A DNA stretch of 36,214 bases, taken from NCBI GenBank assembly GCA_037917675.1, contig JAVCBW010000053.1, positions 1 through 36,214 of the forward strand, written 5' to 3'. This stretch comes from Thermoproteota archaeon (GTDB lineage: Archaea > Korarchaeota > Korarchaeia > B14-G2). Below, in pieces: positions 1 through 8,941 of the stretch. The notes beneath the pieces are model-generated. The model was not told where the DNA came from, made no database searches, and was given only the letters and a program-made list of their open reading frames with translations. A program made the position numbers and the translations under genes. Position 1 is the stretch's first letter. Each line of letters starts with the position of its first letter.

Positions 1-423
1 AGTTTCGTCATCAGGTCAGGGAAGCGATTTAGAAAGGTAAATTGAATACTTGAAAGGAATATTGTTCAGCTAAGGGATATGGTGTTATTGAGGTTCTAAC
101 GGATATAGCATCAGGTCTAAGCGAAAAGCGTAGGAGACTGAGGAGATTGTTTGAGTATGTTGTAAACGGTAGAATCGATGTTGTAGTGATAAGCTACAAA
201 GACAGGCTTACGAGGTTTGGATTCAGATACTTAGGAGAGTTCTTTGTTCTCATGGAGTCAGGATTGAGGTCGTTTTCGGCGACGAACCCAAGATTTACAG
301 CAAGAGCTTATCGAAGACTTGATCACCATAGTAACCTCATTTGCTGGAAGGCTGTATGGTATGAGGAGCCATAAAAAGAGGAAGGTAGTTGAAAGTGTCA
401 AGCAAGCGATTAGAGGCTGTTAA
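1..423 (+). pseudogene. tnpA: IS607-family serine recombinase TnpA, 5'-truncated by the window edge, frameshifted
   Basis: Fragments in different frames read VSSSGQ, DIASGLSEKRR, VVVISYKDRLTRFGF and [24 protein letters not shown], all hallmark IS607 resolvase motifs. Several frameshifts and an in-frame stop; ends TAA 421-423, overlapping tnpB. Confidence 0.88.
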
Positions 424-1474
424 GCTTACAGCAAGGTTTAAACTCGACGGAAAATTAGATGTAGCCCTCTTTGAAACCTATAGGTCAATAGTTAACGAGC
501 TATTAGATTATGCTCATTCTGAAGGAACTACATCATTTAAGAGGATGAAAGCTGAGAAGTACCGTGAATTAAGACGAAGATATCCGAAGTTGCCATCCCA
601 CTACACTTACACAGCTTGCCAGATGGCTTGTTCAATATATAAGTCGTTCAGGAAGCTCGAAAGGAAGGGTAAAGTTAAAGCTGACAAACCTCAGTTCAAG
701 AGAAACGTAGTAATGCTCGACGACCATTTGTTCAGGCTCGATTTGGAAAACTGGACTGTCAAAATTTTCATGCCGAGTGGAAGGTTTGATTTCAAGCTTC
801 TACATGGAGAATACCACGAGAAATTCAAGGAGTGGAAAGTTGGTCAGGCGTGGTTAGTCAAGAGGGGCGACTATGTTTACTTAAACGTAGTATTCTCGAA
901 GAACATCGAAATAAGAGATTGTAAGGATGTTATAGGAGTGGACGTGAATGAAAACAACGTTACCATTGCAACTAATCACAGTCTCGTGCTGTTTGAGACA
1001 AGGGAAAGAGTAGTTAGAACTGCTTACTTCTTAAAGAGGAAGGGGATTCAGAGCAAGATTAGGTGTAGAAGAGTTAAAGCTAATGTCTTAGCGAAATATC
1101 GTAATAGGGAGAGAAACAGAGTTCTCGACATTTATCATAAGGTTGCCAATGAGACTGTCAAGGTCGCTTCAGAAGGGAATTCAGCGATAGCCCTGGAAAA
1201 CCTCAAAGAAATAAGAACGAGAGTGAACTATTCAAGGGAGTTGAATGGAAGACTACACAGGTGGAGCTTCAGAAAGCTCCAGCAGATATTGGAGTACAAG
1301 GCTAAGCTCAAAGGTATTGATGTCGTATACGTCAATCCCTACAAGACCTCAAGCCTCTGCCCGACATGTGGGAGAAGGCTAAGCCCGAACGGGTGGAGGC
1401 TGCTAAAATGCGAGTGTGGTTTAGTTGCAGATAGAGATGCAATCGGTAGCTGGAATATTAGACTAGAGGTTTAG
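389..1474 (+). CDS. tnpB: TnpB RNA-guided endonuclease (IS607-associated)
   Basis: RuvC triad IGVDVN / IALENL / ADRDAIG, zinc finger CPTC...[23 protein letters not shown]. Likely start GTG 395. The usual C-terminal tail ([18 protein letters not shown]...SQNG) lies in another frame after about 1470. Confidence 0.93.
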   Translation: MKVSSKRLEAVKLTARFKLDGKLDVALFETYRSIVNELLDYAHSEGTTSFKRMKAEKYRELRRRYPKLPSHYTYTACQMACSIYKSFRKLERKGKVKADKPQFKRNVVMLDDHLFRLDLENWTVKIFMPSGRFDFKLLHGEYHEKFKEWKVGQAWLVKRGDYVYLNVVFSKNIEIRDCKDVIGVDVNENNVTIATNHSLVLFETRERVVRTAYFLKRKGIQSKIRCRRVKANVLAKYRNRERNRVLDIYHKVANETVKVASEGNSAIALENLKEIRTRVNYSRELNGRLHRWSFRKLQQILEYKAKLKGIDVVYVNPYKTSSLCPTCGRRLSPNGWRLLKCECGLVADRDAIGSWNIRLEV

Positions 1475-1589
1475 AGATTGATGTGGGAAGCTCCGCTTAC
1501 CCCGAAAGCCCTCCCATGAAACCCGAGGAGGGAAGGCTCTCCACCACAAACGTAACAGAAGCCATGAAAGTGGTAGAGAGCCAGAACGG
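1475..1589 (+). ncRNA. Candidate TnpB omegaRNA scaffold (element right end); boundaries approximate
   Basis: Lies between tnpB and the element end, and is similar to the stand-alone copy at about 35076-35185. TnpB omegaRNAs are known to derive from the right end. Confidence 0.55.
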
Positions 1590-2304
1590 TGGTATATACC
1601 TGGAGAGACAGATGCAGCAGTGATACTGCTCCATGGGCTCCACTCTAGGAAGGAGAGGCTGCTCCCTCTGGCAGCTGAGCTCAACGAGGCTGGCTTCAAC
1701 ATACTCATGTTCGACTTCAGAGCACATGGGGAGAGTGGAGGAGAGTATACTACCTTTGGGCTGAGAGAGCTACTTGACCTGCTTGGTGCCCTAGACTACC
1801 TGCTGAACAGGACAGATGTGAGCTCAGAGAGGATAGGTGTATTAGGCTTCAGCATGCTGCTTCAGTAGCAATAGAGGGTGCAGGAGCATCAGACCGCTTC
1901 AAGGCTGTGGTGGCAGACTGCCCATTCGCAACCTTCATGGGGGCGTAGACTGGGGTTTCAGCGAGTCCACTGGGCTCCCATCTCTCCTGAAGGAGCCTGT
2001 CGTGTTCTTTGGAGGGCTGGCTAGCGGCATAGAGCTAGAGGAAATCAGGCCAGTAGACTACGCTGCGAAGATGAGGAGGAGCCAAGCTCTCTTCGTGATA
2101 TGCTCTAAGGGAGACAGGATAGTAGACTATAGGGATGGAGTGCTACTCTATGAGAGGAGTGGCTGCAGCATGGAGAGGAAGGTGCTTTGGTTAGATGATG
2201 ACGCACCACACTGCGGGAAACTAGCACAGCATCCAGGGGAGTATCTCAGGAGAGCCATCGAGTTCCTGAGAGTAAACCTGCTAGGCATGCGGCTACAGCA
2301 CTAG
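1590..2304 (+). pseudogene. Alpha/beta hydrolase, interrupted by the IS607 insertion and frameshifted
   Basis: WYIPGETDAAVILLHG...DFRAHGESGG...GVLGFSM, with a frameshift at the GxSxG elbow (~1855) continuing ASVAIEGA...KAVVADCPF. A second frameshift (~1945) leads into ORF 2002-2304 with the D(RIV) and PH catalytic region. Confidence 0.85.
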
Positions 2305-2337
2305 ATCCTCAACTTGGGAGCAGAGGCTCAGGCACAG

Positions 2338-2350
2338 TAAAATTAAAAAC
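2338..2350 (+). promoter_or_regulatory. Putative TATA box for tRNA-Trp
   Basis: AT-rich TAAAATTAAAAAC ending about 25 nt upstream of the tRNA 5' end. Confidence 0.5.
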
Positions 2351-2375
2351 TGGGAGAGATGCTGGTATGCTAGGT

Positions 2376-2480
2376 GGGGGCGTAGCTCAGCAAGGCTCGG
2401 ATCCCTGGTATGGTAGAGCGGCGGGCTCCAGACCCGAAGGTCGGGGGTTCAAGAGGCTTCTGGAACTCCCCTCGCCCCCA
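2376..2480 (+). tRNA. tRNA-Trp(CCA) with two non-canonical introns (2393-2410 in the D-loop, 2454-2466 in the T-loop)
   Basis: Acceptor GGGGGCG/CGCCCCC, D-stem GCTC/GAGC, anticodon CCA 2428-2430, T-stem GGGGG/CCCCT. Removing the two BHB-bounded inserts gives D-loop AGCATGGTA and T-loop TTCAAGT. Confidence 0.92.
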
Positions 2481-2481
2481 C

Positions 2482-3609
2482 CTAGAGAAGCTTGGCAGCA
2501 GCCTCCTCTACTTCCCTGGGGGCTATAGGCTCTCCTCCACCTATCTTGTTGAGGCCCTCTACTCTGCATGGTGGCTTGACATGCTTCCTGACCTCCTCTA
2601 TCAGCTGCCCTAGGCTCAGCTCTACAACCAGCACTGCCTTAGCTTCCTCAGCCAGCCTAGAGAGGGGGTGAGCTGGAAACGGGAAGAGTGTTCTAGGCCT
2701 GAAGAGCGCTGCCTTCAGCCCCCTAGAAAGCATCCTCCTCACAGCTTCCTTAGCTGACCTCGCAGCTGACCCTATTGCCACGATCACCAGCTCAGGGCTC
2801 TCTGAGCCATAGTAGTCTATGTCGCGGAGCTCAGGCTCTCTAGACTCCACCTTCGCCACTATCCTCGTGACTAGCTTCCTATGCACCTGTGGGTCAGCTG
2901 TCTTCCTATAGCCTCTGCTGTCATGTGTCGAGCCAGTGACCATGACATTGAAGCCGTCTCCCAGCCTAGGCATCGGTGGGACTCCAGCTGGCTCTCTTGA
3001 GCCAAAGAACTCTACTTCACCTGGCTTAGGCCTAGGTGGCTCAGGCACCTCAAGGCTATCTGGGACCTGGACCTCCTCTCTCATGTGTGCTACAGTCTCA
3101 TCTGAGAGCACTATGACAGGAACCCTCAGCTTGCATGCTATGCTGAAGGCCTTAGCTGTGAGCTCAAGCATCTCCTGAGGCGAGTAGGGAGCTAAGACGA
3201 CCACAGCCTGGTCTCCATGCCTACCCCACCTAGCCTGCATTATGTCACCTTGCCCACACTTCGTAGCTTGGCCTGTAGCTGGCCCAAGCCTCTGTACATC
3301 TACTACAACAAGTGGAGTCTCTGTCATGACAGCATAGCCTAAGGCCTCTTGCATGAGGCTGAATCCTGGGCCGCTTGTGGCTGTCATAGCCTTAGCTCCA
3401 GCCCACGACGCCCCTATCACAGAGCATATCGCAGCTATCTCGTCTTCAGTCTGTATGTATACTCCACCTAGCTTTGGAAGCCTCTTAGCCATGTAGCTCA
3501 TTATCTCAGACTGTGGGGTTATAGGGTAGCCTGCAAAGAACCTGCATCCTGCTAGTATGGCGCCCTCAGCACAGGCATCATTCCCCTGCATGAACCTCAG
3601 CTTCAACAT
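2482..3609 (-). CDS. korA: 2-oxoacid:ferredoxin oxidoreductase subunit alpha (KorA-like)
   Basis: GCRFFAGYPITPQSEI, EDEIAA, TATSGPGFSLMQE motifs; ATG at 3609 preceded by RBS GAGGTGAG. Confidence 0.92.
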   Translation of the reverse strand: MLKLRFMQGNDACAEGAILAGCRFFAGYPITPQSEIMSYMAKRLPKLGGVYIQTEDEIAAICSVIGASWAGAKAMTATSGPGFSLMQEALGYAVMTETPLVVVDVQRLGPATGQATKCGQGDIMQARWGRHGDQAVVVLAPYSPQEMLELTAKAFSIACKLRVPVIVLSDETVAHMREEVQVPDSLEVPEPPRPKPGEVEFFGSREPAGVPPMPRLGDGFNVMVTGSTHDSRGYRKTADPQVHRKLVTRIVAKVESREPELRDIDYYGSESPELVIVAIGSAARSAKEAVRRMLSRGLKAALFRPRTLFPFPAHPLSRLAEEAKAVLVVELSLGQLIEEVRKHVKPPCRVEGLNKIGGGEPIAPREVEEAAAKLL

Positions 3610-3616
3610 GCTCACC

Positions 3617-4837
3617 TCATGGCAGCCCATGCTCAAAGCTGTAGTAGACCCTGTTGAACTCAGCTGAGAGCTCCATGACCTCCCTCCTGACCTTCTCAGG
3701 AGGCTCTCCATGCCAGACCCTAGAGAACAGCTCAGCTACCTTCTCCATCTCCCTCTCCCTCATCCCTCTCCTCGTCAGCTCCTGTGTCCCTAGCCTACCT
3801 CCCAAGTCTACTATCAGGTGTGCCTGCTCAAGCCTCCTAGCCTTCTCAGCGTAGTCTTCTCTGGCCTCAAGCTTCACCTGGTGGCTACAGGTATAGCCTA
3901 GCTCCCTGAAGAGGACAGGTATACCGCTCTCATCAAGTGCCTTAGCTAAGGCTCTAGCATTCGAGACAACCTGCCTAGCATAGCTCCTCGAGTACTCTAG
4001 CATCTCAGCTAAGGTATATGCTAGAGCAGCTATCCTATGGAGGTGAGGGTTGTCTACCAGCTTATGTGGTATGTGCTCTGATATCTGCTCTCCTAGCTCT
4101 AGGCTTGATGTAAGCAGGATCCCACCCTGTGGGCCTGGTAGCGTCTTATGGGTGCTTCCAGCTAGGATCTGAGCTCCCTCCTCTAGTGGAAGCTGGAACT
4201 CTCCTCCAGCTATCAGCCCAAGGACATGTGAGCCATCATATGCTAGGACTGCCTCGACTTCGCTACATGCTTCAGCTACCTCTCTGACTGGGTGAGGGAA
4301 TAGCATGATTGACCCACCGAGGACCACTAGCCTAGGCTTCTCTCTCCTCACTATGCTAGCAGCCTCCTCAGCTACTGGAGTATACCCTCTGGTAGGAAGG
4401 TATATGGCCTCTAAGCCTAGCAGGGAGGGTATCTTCTCCCTCTGGAAGCCTGGGTAGCCTCCACTCAGAGGCTCCACGACAGCTATCTTGTCTCCATGCC
4501 CACATACGCCTGCAACCATAGCTAGGTCTGCTATGTGCCCTGAGATAGGAGATACGTCAGCGTAGCTGCACTTGAAGAGGCTTCTAGCAGCCTCCTCACA
4601 TATCCTGATAGCTTCTCTAGCCCACCTGCTCCCCATGTAGTAGTCTTCTAGGGTGTAGCCGTGTGTTGAGTAGGGCATCAAGCTAGTATACCTGTGAGCG
4701 AGATCTCCTGAGAGCATCTTCCTAGCCTGAGAGCTCATCACGTTCTCTGATGGGATCAGGGTCAGGGAGCTTGCTCTCATGGCTTCATGCTCGCCTACAG
4801 CCTGCTTGAGCATGTCAGCTGCTCTCACACCGCTCAC
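3617..4837 (-). CDS. glyA: Serine hydroxymethyltransferase-family PLP enzyme (divergent GlyA-like)
   Basis: LIPSEN, YDGSHVLGLIAGG, GSTHKTLPGPQGG (PLP lysine), RLGTQELTRRGM; the YAEG and GGH motifs are altered. Confidence 0.8.
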   Translation of the reverse strand: MSGVRAADMLKQAVGEHEAMRASSLTLIPSENVMSSQARKMLSGDLAHRYTSLMPYSTHGYTLEDYYMGSRWAREAIRICEEAARSLFKCSYADVSPISGHIADLAMVAGVCGHGDKIAVVEPLSGGYPGFQREKIPSLLGLEAIYLPTRGYTPVAEEAASIVRREKPRLVVLGGSIMLFPHPVREVAEACSEVEAVLAYDGSHVLGLIAGGEFQLPLEEGAQILAGSTHKTLPGPQGGILLTSSLELGEQISEHIPHKLVDNPHLHRIAALAYTLAEMLEYSRSYARQVVSNARALAKALDESGIPVLFRELGYTCSHQVKLEAREDYAEKARRLEQAHLIVDLGGRLGTQELTRRGMREREMEKVAELFSRVWHGEPPEKVRREVMELSAEFNRVYYSFEHGLP

Positions 4838-5341
4838 CTAGACCACCTCAGCAAGCCTCCAGCCCTCTTCGAGGGCCCTGAGGTTCAGCTCCAGGAAGGG
4901 GAGCTCCTCCTCCCTGACTGCAGCCTTCAGGGAGCTCAGTGAAGCTATGTGCTCTCTAGCTGAGACGAATGCTGCCATCACCATGTTAGCTAGCACTCTC
5001 CTCCCAGCTGCTCTGACAGCAGCCTCCTCAGCATCAACTGCAACTGCCCCTGGCATAGGGCTCTTGGAGCTCACATAGATCCTCTCAGCCCTCAGCTCCA
5101 TCTTCTCTAGTAGAGGAGGGAACATACACACTAGGACTCTAGGGCTCTCACAGAACGGGAACGTGACTGGCTCATCAGACACTACGACGTCAGCCCACGA
5201 CGGAGTTCCTCTGACTTCAGCTCCATATGACCCTGTGAAGGTGGCATGTAGGCCCTCTATGACTGCAGCATGCGCCAGGACACGGCCAAGGAACTGTATC
5301 CCCTGCCCCCCGACTCCGACAGCCTTTATCTCAAGCCTCAC
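4838..5341 (-). CDS. 2-oxoacid:ferredoxin oxidoreductase subunit gamma
   Basis: GVGGQGI, SYGAEVRG, ANMVM and LNLRALEEG motifs of the POR gamma family. Confidence 0.9.
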   Translation of the reverse strand: MRLEIKAVGVGGQGIQFLGRVLAHAAVIEGLHATFTGSYGAEVRGTPSWADVVVSDEPVTFPFCESPRVLVCMFPPLLEKMELRAERIYVSSKSPMPGAVAVDAEEAAVRAAGRRVLANMVMAAFVSAREHIASLSSLKAAVREEELPFLELNLRALEEGWRLAEVV

Positions 5342-6132
5342 CTCAACCCCCTCACACTCTCTATGAAACCAGGCCTCCTAGCTTGAGCCCTCCATGACCC
5401 TAGGGGAAGCCTGTCTTCTCTTGGGCCCTGCATGACATCCCTGAACTCAACAAGCTCCCTGAGCTTCTTCATGGCTTCAACTGGGCTCCTAACCTTAAGC
5501 ATCAGCTGGAAGTGTGTTGTGCAGGTGGAGACCACCTCAATGAACCTGAATCCATCAGCCTGCAGAGCCTCTGACATGAGCTTCTCTAGGTGTCTAGGGT
5601 AGGCTACACACCCTCTGGCAACATAGCTTGCTCCAGCTGCAGCAAGCGTCCTGACCACGTCTATCGGGTTCTCTGGGTTCCCATATGGTGAAGTAGCTGT
5701 GATGAAGCCTCTCGGTGTCGTGGGTGCAAGCTGTCCTCCAGTCATCCCATAGATCATGTTATTGACCATTATAGTCAGGATCTCAAGGTTACGTCTCGCA
5801 GCATGAACTAGATGCCCTAAGCCTATGCTAGCTAGGTCTCCATCTCCACCGAAGACGACTACCTCAAGCTCTGGCCTGACAGCCTTCACACCCATAGCTG
5901 CTGGGATCGAGCGTCCATGGAGTATGTGTATGCTATCAGCCTTGAAGTGTGGTGATGGGATCCAGGCAGCACACCCTATCCCACTGACAAAGACGAACTT
6001 AGAGAGGCTGCTGTGGCCTAGCTTTCTAGCAGCTCTCAGGAAAGCTGAGGCTGTGATCCCGCAGCCACACCCAGGACAGTAGGGTGTAGGCAGAGTTTCA
6101 GTCCTCAGGTAGGGGTCTAGAGGATGCTTCAA
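5338..6132 (-). CDS. korB: 2-oxoacid:ferredoxin oxidoreductase subunit beta (TPP-binding)
   Basis: CPGCG, SGIGC, HGR and GGDGD...NNMIYGMTGGQLAPTT TPP-binding motif. Confidence 0.92.
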   Translation of the reverse strand: MKHPLDPYLRTETLPTPYCPGCGCGITASAFLRAARKLGHSSLSKFVFVSGIGCAAWIPSPHFKADSIHILHGRSIPAAMGVKAVRPELEVVVFGGDGDLASIGLGHLVHAARRNLEILTIMVNNMIYGMTGGQLAPTTPRGFITATSPYGNPENPIDVVRTLAAAGASYVARGCVAYPRHLEKLMSEALQADGFRFIEVVSTCTTHFQLMLKVRSPVEAMKKLRELVEFRDVMQGPREDRLPLGSWRAQARRPGFIESVRGLR

Positions 6133-6206
6133 CAGGACACCATGACCCTGCTACAAGCTAGCTTAATAGCTAAACCTTTTAACCACATAAGCCATGGAGG
6201 TGTAGC

Positions 6207-7100
6207 TTGAGGGGGAGAGCTCTCCTAGCCTTGAGCCTAGCCTTAAACGCCATAGCATTAGCCTGCTTAGCTGGAGTATACTCAAGCTACACCCAGCTCA
6301 GAGAGCATACCATGGAGCTTGCATCAGAGTATGAGAGAGCTCAGACTGAGGTTAGAGCGCTGAGGGAGCAGCTTAACATGACTCTAGCTCAGCTTGAGCA
6401 CTATAGGAGGCTTGTAGAGCACCTTACACAGCCTCAGCCTAGAGGAGGAGAGGCAGAGGAGATAGCTGGGAGAGCTGAGGTGCAGCTTGTAGCAGTGAAA
6501 GCTAAGCCAGACCTCTTCACCTATAGCCTAGAGGGAGTAGTCCTCAAGGCTGTGGTCGAGCTTAAGCCAGGAGAGGGTAGAGTGCTTGTGAGCACAACTC
6601 CTCTGATAGGAATAGACCTACAGGCCTCACTGAGGACAGCTGTCAGTGTAGCTGAGCAGGTCACTGGATCACCCCTCTCATCTACAGATGTCGTGGTGAC
6701 GATAATAGGAGAAGAGGAGATGGAGATCGTAGATGGCCCCAGTGCTGGAGCAGCTCTAGCTCTAGCTATAATAGCAGCTATCAGAGGAGAAGGGATCCCG
6801 CCAGGCATATATGTGACTGGGACAATAGAGCCAGATGGCAGCATAGGGCCTGTCGGAGGAGTCCTAGAGAAGGCTGCTGCAGCAGCAGAGGCAGGAGCAA
6901 AGGTCTTCATAGTCCCAGCAGGGCAGTCTAAGGTAGAGGTCCCAGTGCCAGTTGAGAGGAAGCTTGCTCCAGGCTTCACTCTAGTAGTCTATAGGTATAA
7001 GGTGGTAGATCTAGGAGACTACTTGAGGCAGCAAGGCTATGAGATAAGGGTGGTGGAGGCATCTACAATATGGGACTTGATCAGCATAGCAGGCCTCTAG
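6207..7100 (+). CDS. Membrane-anchored S16 (Lon C-terminal-like) serine protease
   Basis: N-terminal hydrophobic anchor and coiled coil; DGPSAG catalytic Ser; TGTIEPDGSIGPVGGVLEK catalytic Lys; no AAA+ domain. Confidence 0.88.
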   Translation: MRGRALLALSLALNAIALACLAGVYSSYTQLREHTMELASEYERAQTEVRALREQLNMTLAQLEHYRRLVEHLTQPQPRGGEAEEIAGRAEVQLVAVKAKPDLFTYSLEGVVLKAVVELKPGEGRVLVSTTPLIGIDLQASLRTAVSVAEQVTGSPLSSTDVVVTIIGEEEMEIVDGPSAGAALALAIIAAIRGEGIPPGIYVTGTIEPDGSIGPVGGVLEKAAAAAEAGAKVFIVPAGQSKVEVPVPVERKLAPGFTLVVYRYKVVDLGDYLRQQGYEIRVVEASTIWDLISIAGL

Positions 7101-7702
7101 GCTGATAGCTTCAAGGCAGGCTTAACTGCCTTGTAGATGGCTAGAGCTAAGCCTACTGTCAACAGCACATGGAGCACATTGAATAAGGCTGTCATCGCTA
7201 GGATATATCCTATCTTCTCTAGGAACCAGCTTATGGTCTCCTGGGGAAGCGGGAGCTTCACAGCAATGTACTTTATGAACAGGTAGTTTGGTGGAGTCAT
7301 GGCGAGAGCCCTCACAGCCATGGAGGATGCCATGAGAGCTATGATGCTAGGTAGGCTGCTAGATGGACTTGGCCTCCTTGAGACAAGCCACATCCCAGCT
7401 ATAGTGCTCAAGACAGCTAAGCCCTTCATGAGTGGGCCAAAAGCTGGGACTCCAGTTGAAGCCATTATCAGCTGGCTGAAGGGATCCATGTTTATTGAGA
7501 GGCCGATCACTAGGACTAAGGTAGCTAAGGCAGCAGATGTGAAGCCGAATATGAAGTATGCTACTGCAACAATGACCTCACAGGGGTCGAAGATGAGGTA
7601 GCTTAGTGGAGGGAAGTAGAGGATGTGGCCTAGCCCAGCTAGCTCTAGAGCTAGAGTCAGGCCACCGAATACTATAGATGAAGCTATGTCTCTAGGCTTC
7701 AA
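7097..7702 (-). CDS. ECF transporter substrate-binding S component (RibU/PanT-like)
   Basis: About 200 aa with 5-6 hydrophobic helices; FPPLSYLIFDPCEVIVAVAYFIFG and ALFNVLH resemble RibU-type S components. Confidence 0.7.
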   Translation of the reverse strand: MKPRDIASSIVFGGLTLALELAGLGHILYFPPLSYLIFDPCEVIVAVAYFIFGFTSAALATLVLVIGLSINMDPFSQLIMASTGVPAFGPLMKGLAVLSTIAGMWLVSRRPSPSSSLPSIIALMASSMAVRALAMTPPNYLFIKYIAVKLPLPQETISWFLEKIGYILAMTALFNVLHVLLTVGLALAIYKAVKPALKLSA

Positions 7703-7753
7703 GCAGACACCAGAGAACCCTTTCAGATTTTTCTTTAAAATGTTTCAAAATTG

Positions 7754-7767
7754 TCTCATTTATGAGA
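7754..7767. promoter_or_regulatory. Palindromic operator candidate TCTCAT-TT-ATGAGA upstream of the S-component promoter
   Basis: Perfect 6+6 inverted repeat just upstream (on the minus strand) of an AT-rich BRE/TATA (GAAACATTTTAAAG). Confidence 0.5.
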
Positions 7768-7771
7768 ATGA

Positions 7772-8941
7772 CTATGAAGAGCCCCTGACGAGCCCCAGCT
7801 TTAGAGCTGTCTTAGCCTTCACCGCCCTCTGATCAGGTGGCCTAAGCTTCTCCATCAGCTTCCTGAGCACACTCAGGAGCTCAGATACCTCTCCGCTTGC
7901 AGCTGACATCCTACAGACTGGGATGCCATCCGCAGCCTCTGCTATCTCTCGTGTAGCGAGCTCAGCCTGCTCTTCTGAAACAAGGTCTGTCTTGTTCAGC
8001 ACTATGACCAGCCTATCCTTTGAGACACCTATCTTCTCTGTGAGCAAAGCTAGCCCCTGCTCCAGCTTAGCCTTCAGGAGGAGAGGAGGATCGCTTATGT
8101 CAAGCATGAAGAGCAGGATGTGGGCTGCCTTCATGTCGTCTACGTTCAGCTTGAATGAGAGAATGAGCTCTGGATCCAAGTCTAGGGTGAAGCCTATCGT
8201 GTCAACGAGGTATATCTCCCTATGCTCATCTAGGAGCCTACCATACTTACTTGAGAGCGTTGTGAAAGGCTGGTCGCTCACAGGCATGCTTAAGCCTGTC
8301 AGGAGGTTGAATAGGGTTGTCTTGCCAGCGTTATAGTAGCCTGTTATGCAGACTATCCAGGCGCCATTCTCGAGCTTCTTCCTCACCTGGTCAGACCTTA
8401 TCCTCCTGTACCTCTCTATCTTCCTCTCAAGAGCCTTTATCTCCTTGTGTAGGCCTCTTATCCTCGACATGTAAGCGTACTCTCCACCACCTCTGAACCC
8501 AGCTCTATGCCTGAAGTATCTCCTAGCTGCCTCAAGCTTCAGGTATGGGAACACCTTCCTCTTCAAGGCGAGCATGATCTGGAGAGCTGAGAAGACGTCA
8601 GCTGAAGAAAGCTGGAATATCTCGAGAGTTAGCTCAACTCTATCTATCACTCTAGCTGGATAGAGGAGCCTCTCGAGGTTCAGCTTCTGCTTGCTAGACA
8701 GCGTATTATAGAATATGACTGTGTCAGCCCTATGAGCTTCAACCTTCTCCCTAAGCTCCTGAGCCTTCCCCTTCCCAAAGCAGTAGTCTGTTGTAGGCTT
8801 AAGCCTAGTCTGGATCACAGTGTCGACAGGAGTATAGCCAGCTACCTCAGCTAGAGCACGTAGCTCACGCATCCTAAGCTTGTAGAAGACGTGGTCGTGT
8901 GGATCTGTCCTGACCATGCAGAGCACAGCCTTGCTAGGCAA
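7772..8941 (-). CDS. hflX: Ribosome-associated GTPase HflX
   Basis: ELRALAEVAGY, FGKGK, VIDRVELTLEIF, G1 GYYNAGKTT, DQPFTTL, DTIGF, NKTD. Confidence 0.9.
   Translation of the reverse strand: MPSKAVLCMVRTDPHDHVFYKLRMRELRALAEVAGYTPVDTVIQTRLKPTTDYCFGKGKAQELREKVEAHRADTVIFYNTLSSKQKLNLERLLYPARVIDRVELTLEIFQLSSADVFSALQIMLALKRKVFPYLKLEAARRYFRHRAGFRGGGEYAYMSRIRGLHKEIKALERKIERYRRIRSDQVRKKLENGAWIVCITGYYNAGKTTLFNLLTGLSMPVSDQPFTTLSSKYGRLLDEHREIYLVDTIGFTLDLDPELILSFKLNVDDMKAAHILLFMLDISDPPLLLKAKLEQGLALLTEKIGVSKDRLVIVLNKTDLVSEEQAELATREIAEAADGIPVCRMSAASGEVSELLSVLRKLMEKLRPPDQRAVKAKTALKLGLVRGSS

Larger units (their letters stand above)
1..1589 (+). mobile_element. IS607-family element (tnpA+tnpB); right end at CAGAACGG; left end outside window
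   Basis: tnpA-tnpB pair; sequence switches abruptly into an alpha/beta-hydrolase frame right after CAGAACGG (1582-1589), consistent with a GG crossover dinucleotide. Confidence 0.82.

Noticed and set aside
2387-2613. Short ORFs 2387-2569 and 2410-2613
   Set aside because: They overlap the tRNA and korA and have no protein-like features.
3610-3711. Longer N-terminus of KorA from the ORF track
   Set aside because: Overlaps the glyA-like gene; strong RBS GAGGTGAG supports ATG 3609.
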